Shown here: positions 28,808 to 39,474 of the stretch, one piece after another | Layout: every line of letters starts with the position of its first letter | How positions within the stretch are numbered: the stretch's first letter is position 1 | From: an uncultured virus (IMG/VR IMGVR_UViG_3300021425_000028) | Taxonomy: Duplodnaviria > Heunggongvirae > Uroviricota > Caudoviricetes | DNA length: 64,000 nt | Reading direction: 5' to 3' (one strand) | Virus record (IMG/VR): IMGVR_UViG_3300021425_000028 | The notes under the pieces: generated by a model | What the model was told of the DNA's origin: nothing | Seen by the model: only the letters and a program-made list of their open reading frames with translations | Database searches by the model: none | Program-made: the position numbers and the translations under genes

Positions 28808-31800
28808 TCATTCAAAGTTTAAAAGCATACTATCAGCTAGCGCGTTAACTCTTACGCGGTAGATTATATGTTCGGCCTGTTGCGATTCTGGATAGTGTAC
28901 GATTGTGCTAAGGTCTTTTCTGAGCGATTGGATTAATCGTTTTTGAGTTTGGATTAGTTCTTTTTGCTCTTTGTAGATTTCGGTTCTGTTTGTTGGAGGA
29001 TTAAGCATTAAGAATATTAGAACTATAACTACCACTGAGAAGGATAAAATTAAGCTAAATATTGATTTTTCGAGTTTCATAGTTTCTAGTTGTTTTGGTT
29101 TTGTTGTATTAACCACTCGTCTATCTCTTCAAGTAGACATTCCCCATCACATTCTACGCCATCCCAAATCGCTGTTACAGACATAACATCCTCTGTATTA
29201 TTTGAGGCTTGACACTTAGATAGAATATCATAAGCTGCTGTGAGCAGTATTTTAGCTCTTTCTTGTTGTTGTTTTTTTTTATGGTCATTTGTTTTGGTTT
29301 TACTGTTAAAGTTTGATTAGTCGGTCAGATAAATGGTCGCGGTATTCTTGTAGGCTGTCTCTTATCTCTTTTTTACTCTCATAAAAATATCGAAGTGTAT
29401 CTACACTGGTTGTAATCCAGAACGATATTAACCAATCTCGTTTAATTTCATATCGTCTTTTAGCAGATCTCAATGTTATGTTTTGCCATATAATTGATTC
29501 ATCGAGCTTAGTAATCCTCTCTATAATCTGTTCTTTTTCGTTTTTGATTTTCATAGTCGTTTGTTTTTGTCTCCACTCGGTGAGAGATTGAGACTAAGTT
29601 ATTGATTTATTGAGGTTTAAATTTACTGCTTTTTTAAAGCCACATCTAAAAACAAATACCACTATTAGTTTTCGATGTGTCTTTTGTGGGAAGAAAACAA
29701 AAAGCCATCGCGCTTAGATGCATAAAGACGGATTATGCAAACACCCACTCATCTGCTGCGCAAACGTGTAACAAGGGTCTCTCATTATAATCCTTCTCAA
29801 TAAAAAATCCCTCCCCGTTATGTGGATCGTCAAGATATTTTGCAATCCCAAGGAATATGCCGTCTCGATATATTTCGTATTCCTTGCCTTCAATGAGAAG
29901 GTCTTGTCGAAGCCCTTCTTCCCCTTTTCTAAGGATTAATTGTAAGCCGTCTTCTTTGTCTTGTTTCATGATCTAATTGTTTAAATTAAGCACATTTATT
30001 TAAGTTACTCTCTCCAATGGTTATTACTTTTCTTTCTGAAAACACCATCCATATCTTCATTAAAAATTCTCGAATCAATTGACGATATGTATTCTAATAA
30101 CTGTAGAAATCCACTAATACTTTCTTGATCGCTTCTACCAGGCCCTTTGTCTGGATTTATGCCGACTTCGATGCAATTATGGTGATCTACATGGAAAGAA
30201 TAAACCGTTTGACCACCTTCTTTTCCCACTGCTTTTCGGTAGATGCTTCCGTGGCATTCAGCGTTGATTTGCCTCATGACCATTTTGAAAATCCGCATTG
30301 GATATTCTTCTGAATCAGATTGATCTAAGTTTTGATTGTATTTCCAATTAGCTATGTCTGAATGGTAAACGTTTCTGAGGTATTCTTCGTAAGGTAAATC
30401 TATGCTATTTACACCATGCGTCATACGAATCATTTTTTCACGTTCTTCTGATAGAAGGTATTCGCCAAAGGTTATAAGATCGCGCTTTGTGATTACCCCA
30501 CCTGATTCAATTAATTCCGCATAATCAATTGCTGATTTTAAGTTATTGAAATAGCCTTTTAATATGAACGCTTCGACTTTATACCTACGATTGACATCTG
30601 GTAACTCTTCATCACCCCACGCAACCTCATATACCGCGAAGTGTTGAGCGTTTAAGACTTCTTTAGTTAAGATGTGTTTGTGATTACCGACTACGGCTTC
30701 AAGATGATCTTTGTTTTCAGACCTGAAATCATCAATGGTCTTGTTCTTTTGAACTAACATAATAATTGAATTTATTTACCGCACCATCAATCTATGTGTG
30801 TCCAGTGGTGCGTTTACTGAACAACACAAAATTAATATTAATTTTCTTGATAGTACATCCTTTTCAGGTTTTCTTTCAGCTTGTAGAGTTTATCCCAATC
30901 GCTAGGAAGTCGTTTCTGTTGATCCGTGCTTACTTGATTTTAACTGATAGTGCATCGTTCTTCTCCATGAACTCATACATTCTGTTGATTGTTCTTGCTT
31001 CTTTTGGTGACCATCGCTTAGTGCCAGCCTTTTTAGCTTCGTAGGCTCTCCAGAAAGTGCCTAGATAGCTGTATAGCCATCGCTTGTGAAATATTACTTC
31101 TAGCGCTTCGGCTTTTTCGGTTGTTGTCATTATTAAGTCCATTCTCGGTAAGTGTTAAGTGAGGTTGATGTAAATTTCATTCCGTTTCCATTGTATCCTA
31201 TCGCAGCATGGTAGCCTTGAAGAAAACAATTCATCTCTAGTTCAGTGTCGAAGCTAAACTGCTCCGCTGATTCTGTCTGTATAGATTCGTCATCTAATAT
31301 CTCCTGGGCATCCTCAAAGGATGTGGCGTTTTCGAAGTATCCTTCATCTTCTGAAGATGGGACAATGATTAGTTGGAATTTTTTCATGATTATTTAGTTA
31401 CTTGAATTGTGGCTGTCACCTTAGTTACTCCTTCATTTCCTGAAGCCATTTCTCTTTGAAATTGCCCTGATTTTATATCATCTACCACGCTTTGCATATT
31501 CTTTTCAAAGAACTCGTCTGTGCAATAGGTAATTATGACCATTCTTACTTGTCTCATGATTACCTCTTAGCGTTTTCGTTATACCACTCGATGAACTCTA
31601 CGCATCTAAGCACAATACAATTCAAGTCATTGTCTAGAAATTCGGAAAACATATTATCCATGTAGAAAATATCTTCTGCTTTCTGTCTTCTCTCGTCCTC
31701 ATAGTCAAATGATCCTAGTATGTTTGCGCACTTTTTAACTAAAGGCATCAAGGCATCCCAGCTATCCTCAAAAGGATTTGTAAAGTTGTATTGATTTACC

Positions 31801-32926
31801 CACTTTTTGATTGGCTCATCATGCATGAAGCTGTGCATCATTTTCCACTTTTCAAATTCTCTTAGCTGAATGTACCAATACAAGTGATTCAATAAGTGTA
31901 CTTCGTGTGGATTAAGCCAATTTACAGCATCCTCGATCATTTCCTGAGTTATTTCATCTTGCTCTTCCCAATCATGCAAATAGGCTTTCCCTTCTTCGCA
32001 AGGCGTGAAATCAAGGCTATCAATGTACTCTTTGGTCTGGTTGGTTATGTCGTAATTTTCGAGCCTACTCTGATAATAAGTAGTAAGCATATGCTCCCCG
32101 TTATGGTGAATTGTTGCGTGACCTCCATCCTCCATGAAGATGTGAACTTCGCGCTTGTCAATATGAAATATGTTTGCTTTCATCGCTGTTTGTGTTTGAA
32201 TGGTTTCTATTGATTAAACAAAGCGCTTAAGATTCTTAACTTCTTTTTTCCCTTCAGTTGTTAATGGCATCCAATTATCCGCAATTGTCAGCGCTATAAC
32301 ATGCACTAATGCTTTACGGGTTGTGAAATCGTTTTCATCTTGCGCTGCAATGTCGATCGCTCCGCAATTCATAGCCTTTTCGATTAGGCTATCTATATCT
32401 GAAGCACTATTATTGAACATTGCTTTAACTGAAGATTTGAATTGTTCCCTTTGCATAGTTTCTACGTGTTTGTTTAACTGATTAGAATACGAATGTAAAA
32501 CAATATTTGACAATTCAAAGCATGTTTGATAAAAGAAAGTGTAAATCTTTGAAAATCAGGTAGAAAAATTTTAGATTGTTTCCGCGCTGAATGCGTTAAT
32601 TAGTCTTTTGATCGGTTCAATTTGATCGGCTCGCCAATATGTGTGCCTAGCTCGCTGTTGTATTTCATTGCATCGTCTTGTACCTGAATTACCAAGGCAT
32701 CCAAACTAGATTCATCTATAACAGCATCTAAACTAGAACGAAGCATATTATTAATGATCACTCTAAACGGTAAATTAGTCCGCTCTCGCAACGCGCAAAG
32801 CTTGCTGTAATGGCTTACTAACATCGGCAAAGATGTATCTTTTAACCCTGCACGCGCGTAATAGTTGCGCTTATACACTGTAGACGTTCGCGTTTTATTC
32901 TTTTTTGCCATGCCCCAAATATACAA
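28808..32926 (-). other. Run of small early hypothetical genes (28808-29116, 29306-29554, 29733-29969, 30005-30760, 30930-31142, 31133-31387, 31560-32183, 32214-32513, 32600-32926)
   Basis: Co-oriented short ORFs with A-rich translation initiation regions. Confidence 0.55.
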
Positions 32927-33151
32927 TTACCCGCGAAAGTTACCTCTCGTGTTTCCCGAAAGCAGAATAACTCTTTTCCTCCTCAACACACCATAAACAA
33001 AAGTAAACGTCTTAAACACTCGCAAAGTATACCGTAACGCAAAGCACTTTGAAACTCAAAGTAAACCTCTAAATCTAGTACACATAGGGGTTCTGGAAGC
33101 TATTCTCTTCCCTACATACTATGTAAAAAAACAAAATGAATGCTTATATTT

Positions 33152-33290
33152 GTCTTACATCGTCTTACGTTGTCTTACATTTTAACGCTAAATCATGGAA
33201 AAAAAGAAGCTATTTAACCTGCGTTTGTCTTACGCTGTCTTACAGTGTCTTACAAAAGATGCTGAAACGCAGAATAGGCCTGTGTCTTAC
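33152..33290 (+). repeat. GTCTTAC heptamer direct repeats (7 copies)
   Basis: Starts at 33152, 33162, 33172, 33227, 33237, 33247, 33284. Confidence 0.9.
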
Positions 33291-33572
33291 ATTGCGAGAG
33301 AGATACTAGAATCACATTATGGAATTGATAAGCCTGTCCGCGCTGAATCTGTTGAGGAGGTTGTAGTAGTTCGGAAAGAAGTTAAGGCTGCTGTGCAAAA
33401 AAAGCCTGAGAAGGCTCTAAAAGTTTCGGGTGTCGTTGCTCCGGTTAAACCTTCACTTGAGGGTTACGAAACGAAGGTTGGTATAGATGGTCAATTAAGG
33501 TATAAAGATGAGTTTGGCCGCTGGTTGACTGAGGATGATATTTTAGCGCAGCAAAAAGCCCCTGTAAATTAG
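33195..33572 (+). CDS. Ribbon-helix-helix (Arc/CopG-like) DNA-binding protein
   Basis: KLFNLRLS beta strand followed by L..DA..NRPVSYIAREIL helices. Confidence 0.7.
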   Translation: MEKKKLFNLRLSYAVLQCLTKDAETQNRPVSYIAREILESHYGIDKPVRAESVEEVVVVRKEVKAAVQKKPEKALKVSGVVAPVKPSLEGYETKVGIDGQLRYKDEFGRWLTEDDILAQQKAPVN

Positions 33573-33580
33573 GGGCTTTG
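33554..33580. terminator. Bidirectional terminator between convergent genes
   Basis: AAAGCCCCT/AGGGGCTTT stem. Confidence 0.7.
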
Positions 33581-33601
33581 TTTGTTGGTTTGTGGTTTGG
33601 G

Positions 33602-34496
33602 TTATTCGTTGGCGGCTTCTTCAAGCTTATCAACTATAAATTCTTCGATCTCATGGAATACGTCTGAATTGCTGTTGACGGTTAAGCCTGTTTCAGCTTC
33701 GTATATTTCAATGATGTGAGTGTATGCTCCGCTATCGTTTAGGGCGTTGCTTATATGCTCGATGAGTTGTTGTTTTTTCTCGTCTGTCATAGTTTCTAAG
33801 ATTTAGATAGCCATTAAAGCGGCTGTAATGATCCAAGCAAATAATAAGCATAGCAAAACTGCTGGAAAGAATTTCTCGCTTACTGTATCGATTGTTTTGA
33901 TTAAAGTTTTCATGTTGAATTGATTTAATTGATTTGTTCGCGGGGTGCAATTCGATTGCATGCCATTACGCCCCCGCAAAGTATTACTTACTTAAGCCTA
34001 ACAGATAGGCGTCAAGTTTACTATAAAGTTCTCGTTTAGTAACGTGTCCACATCTGAACACATCATCTACACCGCCCCCATCGTTTGTCATTCTATGAAG
34101 AGCTACCCCTCCGTAAGCATACGACAAATGATAGTTGTCAATATTCGCCTTCATTTTTCCGTCAGCATTCTTAGTCCAACTTGTATTGGGTGATTTAGTA
34201 GCCTCATTAATTCTATTTACTAAGTTTTCAAGATCTTTCTGCGTGATTCTCATAATTTCTAATTATTTGTTTGTGTTTCTAATTGATTACTTGTTAGTAT
34301 AGTATTTGTCACCCTCTAGTAGAATTACCTCAGAGTTAATTATAATTGAATCAACTTCTTCATGTGTTAATTCAACACCCTCAGCATTATAATAATGTCT
34401 TTGATAAGTGTTGTAGTAGTTAGCGTAAAATTGTATAGCTACTACACAAAAGATTAATCCAAGATAAATAAGAGTGATTGCGTTAACTGGTCTCAT
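33602..34496 (-). other. First leftward early genes (33602-33790, 33984-34253, 34287-34496)
   Basis: Short co-oriented ORFs starting at the strand switch near 34.5 kb. Confidence 0.55.
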
Positions 34497-35415
34497 GATT
34501 TCTAATTTTAAATGTTTGTTGTTTTAATTTGATAAGACAATGATACGACTATTTATTTAAAATCAAAGAATATTTGATAAATTAATATCTAAGTAGTTGA
34601 TAATGAGCTAGAATAATTTTAGTTTGTTGTTAGGTTAATTGCTTAGTTATGCGTTTGCGCTTGCTTACAAGTGGGAAGGAGCAGCGCGCAGCATTCTATG
34701 CAGTCAATAGCACAGAGGATTCAACCCATTTGCCGAAGGAGGCAACCAATACAGCACAAAAGAATACATCACCAGTAAAGTAGTATATCATTTATGCCCC
34801 ATTGAACACTAGATTTATTCTGAACCGTTTGAAATTCCCGAAGCCCAAAAGTCGAAGGGGGTAGGTTTGAGAAAACGTTTTTCTTTTCGGTTATACGGGG
34901 GCTTGTTTAGGGGTTGAGAACCCAAGTCTTCTCTCTATATGTGTTTGGGGGATATGTTGGTTCTGTTCTTAGGTTTCGGGTGCTGTTGGAAATTTGATTT
35001 TTGGGGTGTGTAAGACAATGTCATATTGAGTCTGACGGAATTGTGATTAGTTTTGGGGTTATGGAGGATTTAGGGTTTCCAGGATTGGTAATTGTTAGTT
35101 TGGTTGCGATGTTTCGTGACGAGAAGTTTCTTACGTTTGTGAGTGATTTTCGTCATGGGAGGAGGGTAAAGGAGTTGGAGGCAGAGAATAGGGAGTTGAT
35201 CAAGCAGAGGGATATAGCTGCAGCGTTGGAGGCTATGTTGGGTGAGGTTGGTGATGATGTGAGCAAGAAGAGGGTTGATGCGATGAAGAGGGTCTTGAGC
35301 AAGGGTTCGAACCGGCATTGAGAGGGGGAGTGGGTTTGAGAAAAAAAATCGAACGCTTCGCGTTGTATTTGTATATGGTGGGGGTGGGGCGCGGAGTCGT
35401 GGTTTTTTATTATGT

Positions 35416-35706
35416 TTGTTTTCTAATTTAATTGTAATGTTTAAAAAATACAGAAGGAGTCAGGTTGCGGAGTTGCGGCCTGTTACCCATGCAGAATGCA
35501 GAGGGTTTCACCAATCGCCTACTACAAAAGGGTTTTTAATGAGGCCTATTTTAATGGCATCTGGGGTAGAGGTTTCTATTTCACGAGAAGATCGAAAAAA
35601 CGGATCTCCACGAATTGGAGACATGATTGCACGAAACCCTAAGAACCACCTTGATCAATGGTTGGTTGCTAAGCAATACTTTGAGGATAATTTTGAAGAG
35701 ATATAG
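35416..35706 (+). CDS. Conserved small phage protein (PGDYG-like)
   Basis: GDMIARNPKNHLDQWLVAKQYFEDNFE. Confidence 0.6.
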   Translation: MFSNLIVMFKKYRRSQVAELRPVTHAECRGFHQSPTTKGFLMRPILMASGVEVSISREDRKNGSPRIGDMIARNPKNHLDQWLVAKQYFEDNFEEI

Positions 35707-35936
35707 TATTGAAAATGAAGAAAGCTAGATACAGAGGTGTGCCATGCCTATTTAACTCTGACACTGGTGAAATTGAAGGTACAAATTGGCTCACGTCTTT
35801 ACTCCTTGATTTAAACATTTGGATAGACGTTGAAATAATTGGAGTTGATGAGTTCCCGATAGAAATTGATGAAGAATAATTAGCATAGACAAAAACTGTC
35901 GGCTACGATCATTACTAAACATTAAACAAACACAAC

Positions 35937-37501
35937 ATGGAAAAGATGAAAATTGATGGTAATAAAGTTACCATTACAGCTGATGATTTCACATTTGAAA
36001 GCACAGTATCCTATTTGATTAATCTCACTAAGCAAGAGATTGCAAAACAGTCTGGTAAACATGTGGTAAAGTCTGACTTTACAGTGTTGGAGTATAAACA
36101 TGATTGCGGAAATGGTAAAACCTATTTACTTAGAAATCTTGAATGTTTTAGCAGCTCAATTAAGAAAGACTTTAAAAAAGACACAATCACCAAAGTAAGA
36201 AGGAATAGCGATGGTGAGGTTTTTAGTGTTGGAGATTTGATCAATATACCACACATAGATATGAAGGGCAGGATGTGGAGTATTGATTGCTTTAGTGTTG
36301 AATTTGACGGGGTATTGATTGTTGGTGTAGACAAGTTGCTGACGTTTAACAAAGGAGAGCATTTAGCTCAGTTAGAAAACAGGCAAACCAACTTTAAAAA
36401 CATCAAAAAAGCCTACGAAGTAGAAGATGGTTGGGTTTGTGAGGGAGATATGGTCTGGATGTATTTTGTAGATAAGTGGGTAAATATTCCATACGATAGA
36501 AACGGAGAATATGGGGCTGATAAGATTTACAAGAACGATCCAAGGAAAAAGGAAGACAACGCTGTTGACTTTTATATAGATTCAATAACTGAGTTCATGG
36601 ATGGGGTGAAGCTTGATAATGGTTATTTCTTTAAAAGAATAGCCAAGAACTACGCCTTTAAAAAAGATGGAGATAAGTTGCAATTCCACTTCTATGCTTT
36701 TATTGATGAAAAAGGGAGTGATATAAAGCTTTTTCTTTTTGACGGTGATATGGATGAGTTGATGGAGGCAAAACAAAACAACCTACTTAAATCCAAGAAA
36801 TCATGAGCAATGAAACAAAAAGACTAGCCATTGATGTTGCTAGTTTGACATTTGATGAATTTACACCTCCAGCTGAGTGGGTTAGGAAGTACGTTGATGA
36901 GGGTATCTTATTTTACCACTCGGAATGCGGTGAGAAGCCTATGATTATCGGAGGAGAGGTCATGGATGGAGTCTTTGTAGATGTATCAACTAAAGAGGGT
37001 AAGGATAAGCTTAAAGAGTACCAAAAAAGAAGTAAGCATGAAATGGATTAGTGTAAATGACTACAAACCAAACGAAAAGAGAATGGTTGTTGGTAAGACT
37101 ATAGGTGAGCCAATTGTTCAGTTTGTAATAGTAAACTATGAGCCAACTATAGACGCTTTCATTGATTATGATGATTGTGCCTATAACATATCGCATTGGG
37201 CTTATTTACAAAACATACCAAAAGAAACATCATGACTAGTAAAACCAAAGGAAAAACGTTTGACATCAATAGTTTTGAACGGCTAGTCGAGGTTGCTGAT
37301 TCAGAAAATATTGATCGGCTGTCAAAGGATTTGTTTCTGTGGCTATCCATAGTAGTCAGAATGAAAGAAAAGTTCCCAGAGTTAAAACAAATGGGTTTCG
37401 TTTGGACAGATGATGGTAAAATGGATATTAAAAACCTTGAGCTGACTGATAAGAATACTGGTGAGAGAAGGGTTGTGAAGATTACTCCTAAAGGTAAATA
37501 G
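35937..37501 (+). other. Rightward hypothetical genes (35937-36806, 36803-37051, 37038-37235 DUF551-like, 37232-37501)
   Basis: Overlapping co-oriented ORFs; MKWISVND..P..ISHW motif in the third. Confidence 0.55.
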
Positions 37502-37568
37502 TTGGTGGTTGACAAAAATCTATTTATCTTGCAATTCTCTTATTTACTTAATCTAATAAAAACAGTTT

Positions 37569-37931
37569 ATGAAGCAATTGAAAGCCTTTATGCTGATGGG
37601 AATGATCTTCCTCTTAGCAGTAGTCGGTTACAGCGCGTCCTCCGACTATGGACAAAATGAAAAAGATGCAGTAGTTATGATGTCAGATTATTCTGACTCT
37701 TATGTATGTGAGGTATCTGGGGACATCCTGGAATATACGCCTCACTTAGGCGAAGCTCCTACACTGGAGTTAAGCGTAGCAATTCGTTATATAGAGATGG
37801 CTAATGAAGTCTGGTTGCTGCCGGATAAGTCTATCAAAACGAATAATACATTATATACTACTGCACTAAGGCCGAACACTTTAAAATTGGGTACATCGTA
37901 CACTAATTGGTCAATACAGAGCAAACGTTAG
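37569..37931 (+). CDS. Secreted protein, moron-like
   Basis: Signal peptide; own terminator downstream. Confidence 0.55.
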   Translation: MKQLKAFMLMGMIFLLAVVGYSASSDYGQNEKDAVVMMSDYSDSYVCEVSGDILEYTPHLGEAPTLELSVAIRYIEMANEVWLLPDKSIKTNNTLYTTALRPNTLKLGTSYTNWSIQSKR

Positions 37932-37955
37932 GGGGATTCCCGAACTCGATATACA

Positions 37956-37987
37956 AGCCGCTGGATTTATTTCTAGCGGTTTTTTTA
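37956..37987 (+). terminator. Intrinsic terminator
   Basis: AGCCGCTGGA/TCTAGCGGTT stem followed by a T run. Confidence 0.8.
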
Positions 37988-38006
37988 TTTGTATCAGTTT
38001 TTAAGA

Positions 38007-38229
38007 CTAATCGTTGTTTAGTATATAATGAAGCGTTCCCTTACTACTAATTCCAAACTTGTTCATAGTCTTGATGTAAGGTTTGCTATGTGAATGGAAT
38101 TTCCTCACCTCATCTTTATTATACTTTCTGCAAAAGGATGTGGCATGTAAAGCCTTTTTAATTCTGATTTGTTCCGGAACATCCATCATATTCTCTTTTA
38201 CTTGCAATTTGCTCTATTTTTTCTTCCAT
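38007..38229 (-). pseudogene. Remnant of a homing-endonuclease-like gene
   Basis: ATG at 38229 (MEEKIEQIASK) is out of frame with a C-terminal ENMMD..FGISSKGTLHYILN HTH-like tail. Confidence 0.4.
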
Positions 38230-38274
38230 AGTTCAAATATAGTTTTTATTTTGAACTATTAGTAGTGCTAAGTG

Positions 38275-38346
38275 GGTGTAAGGAGGGTACTGACCCCTCT
38301 TCTTCTGATTCACAGTCAGATACATCACCTTAATGCTTCAAACACC
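38275..38346 (-). tRNA. tRNA-His(GUG), atypical
   Basis: G-1:C73, anticodon arm TCTGA-CTGTGAA-TCAGA; T-loop GTCAGTA; two U-U pairs in the acceptor stem. Confidence 0.8.
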
Positions 38347-38351
38347 ATAAG

Positions 38352-38422
38352 CTGTCGGAGATGGATTCGAACCACCGTCTTCAGATTCAAAGTCTGAAAT
38401 CCTGCCACTAGACGATCCGACA
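38352..38422 (-). tRNA. tRNA-Gln(UUG)
   Basis: TGTCGGA/TCCGACA, TCAGA-CTTTGAA-TCTGA, GGTGG-TTCGAAT-CCATC. Confidence 0.95.
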
Positions 38423-38479
38423 AAAATCTAATTCTATGCAGCGACCAAACGCCATATGAATTAGCAACAGCCTATATCG

Positions 38480-38552
38480 TCTAGGTGGCACGACTCGAAC
38501 GTGCGGCCTGATGCTCCCAAAGCACCCGATCTACCAACTGATCTACACCTAG
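38480..38552 (-). tRNA. tRNA-Pro(UGG)
   Basis: CTAGGTG/CACCTAG, GGTGC-TTTGGGA-GCATC, GCACG-TTCGAGT-CGTGC. Confidence 0.95.
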
Positions 38553-38563
38553 ATATTAGCCAC

Positions 38564-38590
38564 AAAAAAAAGCCTCCGAATAGGAAGCTT
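38564..38590 (-). terminator. Attenuator terminator (3:4) just upstream of tRNA-Pro
   Basis: AAGCTTCC-TATTC-GGAGGCTT running into a T8 tract. Confidence 0.85.
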
Positions 38591-38618
38591 TCTCTGTAGT
38601 TATTTATCGTTGCGTTTT

Positions 38619-38681
38619 CTACATATCCTTCCTGTTACGAGCGTGTCGTTGGCGCGGTTGGATATGTTGTTGTGTTTTCAC
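38619..38681 (-). CDS. Putative attenuator leader peptide MKTQQHIQPRQRHARNRKDM
   Basis: GTG start 4 nt after the promoter element; 4 CAA, CAT, CAC, CCG and 4 Arg codons; overlaps alternative hairpins. Confidence 0.7.
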   Translation of the reverse strand: MKTQQHIQPRQRHARNRKDM

Positions 38682-38685
38682 AATA

Positions 38686-38693
38686 CGAATGTA
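38686..38693 (-). promoter_or_regulatory. Promoter -7 element (TACATTCG) of the tRNA operon
   Basis: One mismatch to TAnnTTTG; divergent from TACATTTG at 38740-38747. Confidence 0.55.
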
Positions 38694-38739
38694 ATACTTT
38701 ATCAATTGAAAAAAAACTTTTGTTTATTGATTTTAGTTT

Positions 38740-38874
38740 TACATTTGCGTATTCCAAATAGGAAAAGACTTCACTCAGGGTCAGTCGAAAAAATCTTTTT
38801 TTGCGGGAAAAACCCATCGGGAAAAACCCTCATTGATAAAAGCCATCTGACCCTGAGAATTTAGATGGCTTTTT
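38740..38874 (+). promoter_or_regulatory. Promoter plus leader with terminator/antiterminator switch
   Basis: TACATTTG; CTCAGGGTCAG complementary to CTGACCCTGAG inside terminator AAAAGCCATCTGA/TTAGATGGCTTTT. Confidence 0.6.
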
Positions 38875-39474
38875 CTTTGCCTTTAATTCAAGTAGGCAAT
38901 AAAACAAATGAATTAGAACGGAGATCAACGTGCGTGGTTAACTGCTGTTAAATTTGATAAATGGGTTTTCTGTAACTTGCTACCCGATCAAAGCCAAAAC
39001 ATTTCCCGAAAGAACTCAACTGTGCTAGAAATATGGTAAAAAGTTTGTTAGCTCTCACTTAGGGGGCAGGGGGCTAACTTGCTTTTGCTGACCTACAATA
39101 GCCACTCAGAATCTTACATGGCTAATAAATTTATGTAGCTATTCGAAAAACATTAAATTTGGCATCTACCAATACTTATACCATGTACGCAAGCACAAAA
39201 AAACTACAATGCTTATTCGCTTGGAAAGAATTTTACATTCAGAACCATTTGTTTGAAAAAGCTCAAATTTGCCAAGACCAGATTGACGAATACGATCAAT
39301 CATAATGAGTTTAACTCCAAAACAAATTGCGAATCTTTCTATTCAAGAGATAGAAGAATACGTTAGAGCGCGATCAAATGAGGAAATTAAAATCATTAGG
39401 CCAATTCGTGAACAATCATTAAAAAGGCGTGAAAAGCCTGTAAGAGGAGAAATAAACGTAAACAGAACATTCAC

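Noticed and set aside
29090..29305. Repeated TTGTTTTGGTTTT motif
   Set aside because: Complement of A-rich translation-initiation regions typical of Bacteroidetes genes.
38426..38463. Fourth tRNA between Gln and Pro
   Set aside because: Only a single spacer hairpin (CTAATTC..GAATTAG); no cloverleaf.
38610..38864. Track ORFs 38610-38864 (+) and 38635-38817 (-)
   Set aside because: They span divergent promoters and regulatory leaders and have no protein-like features.
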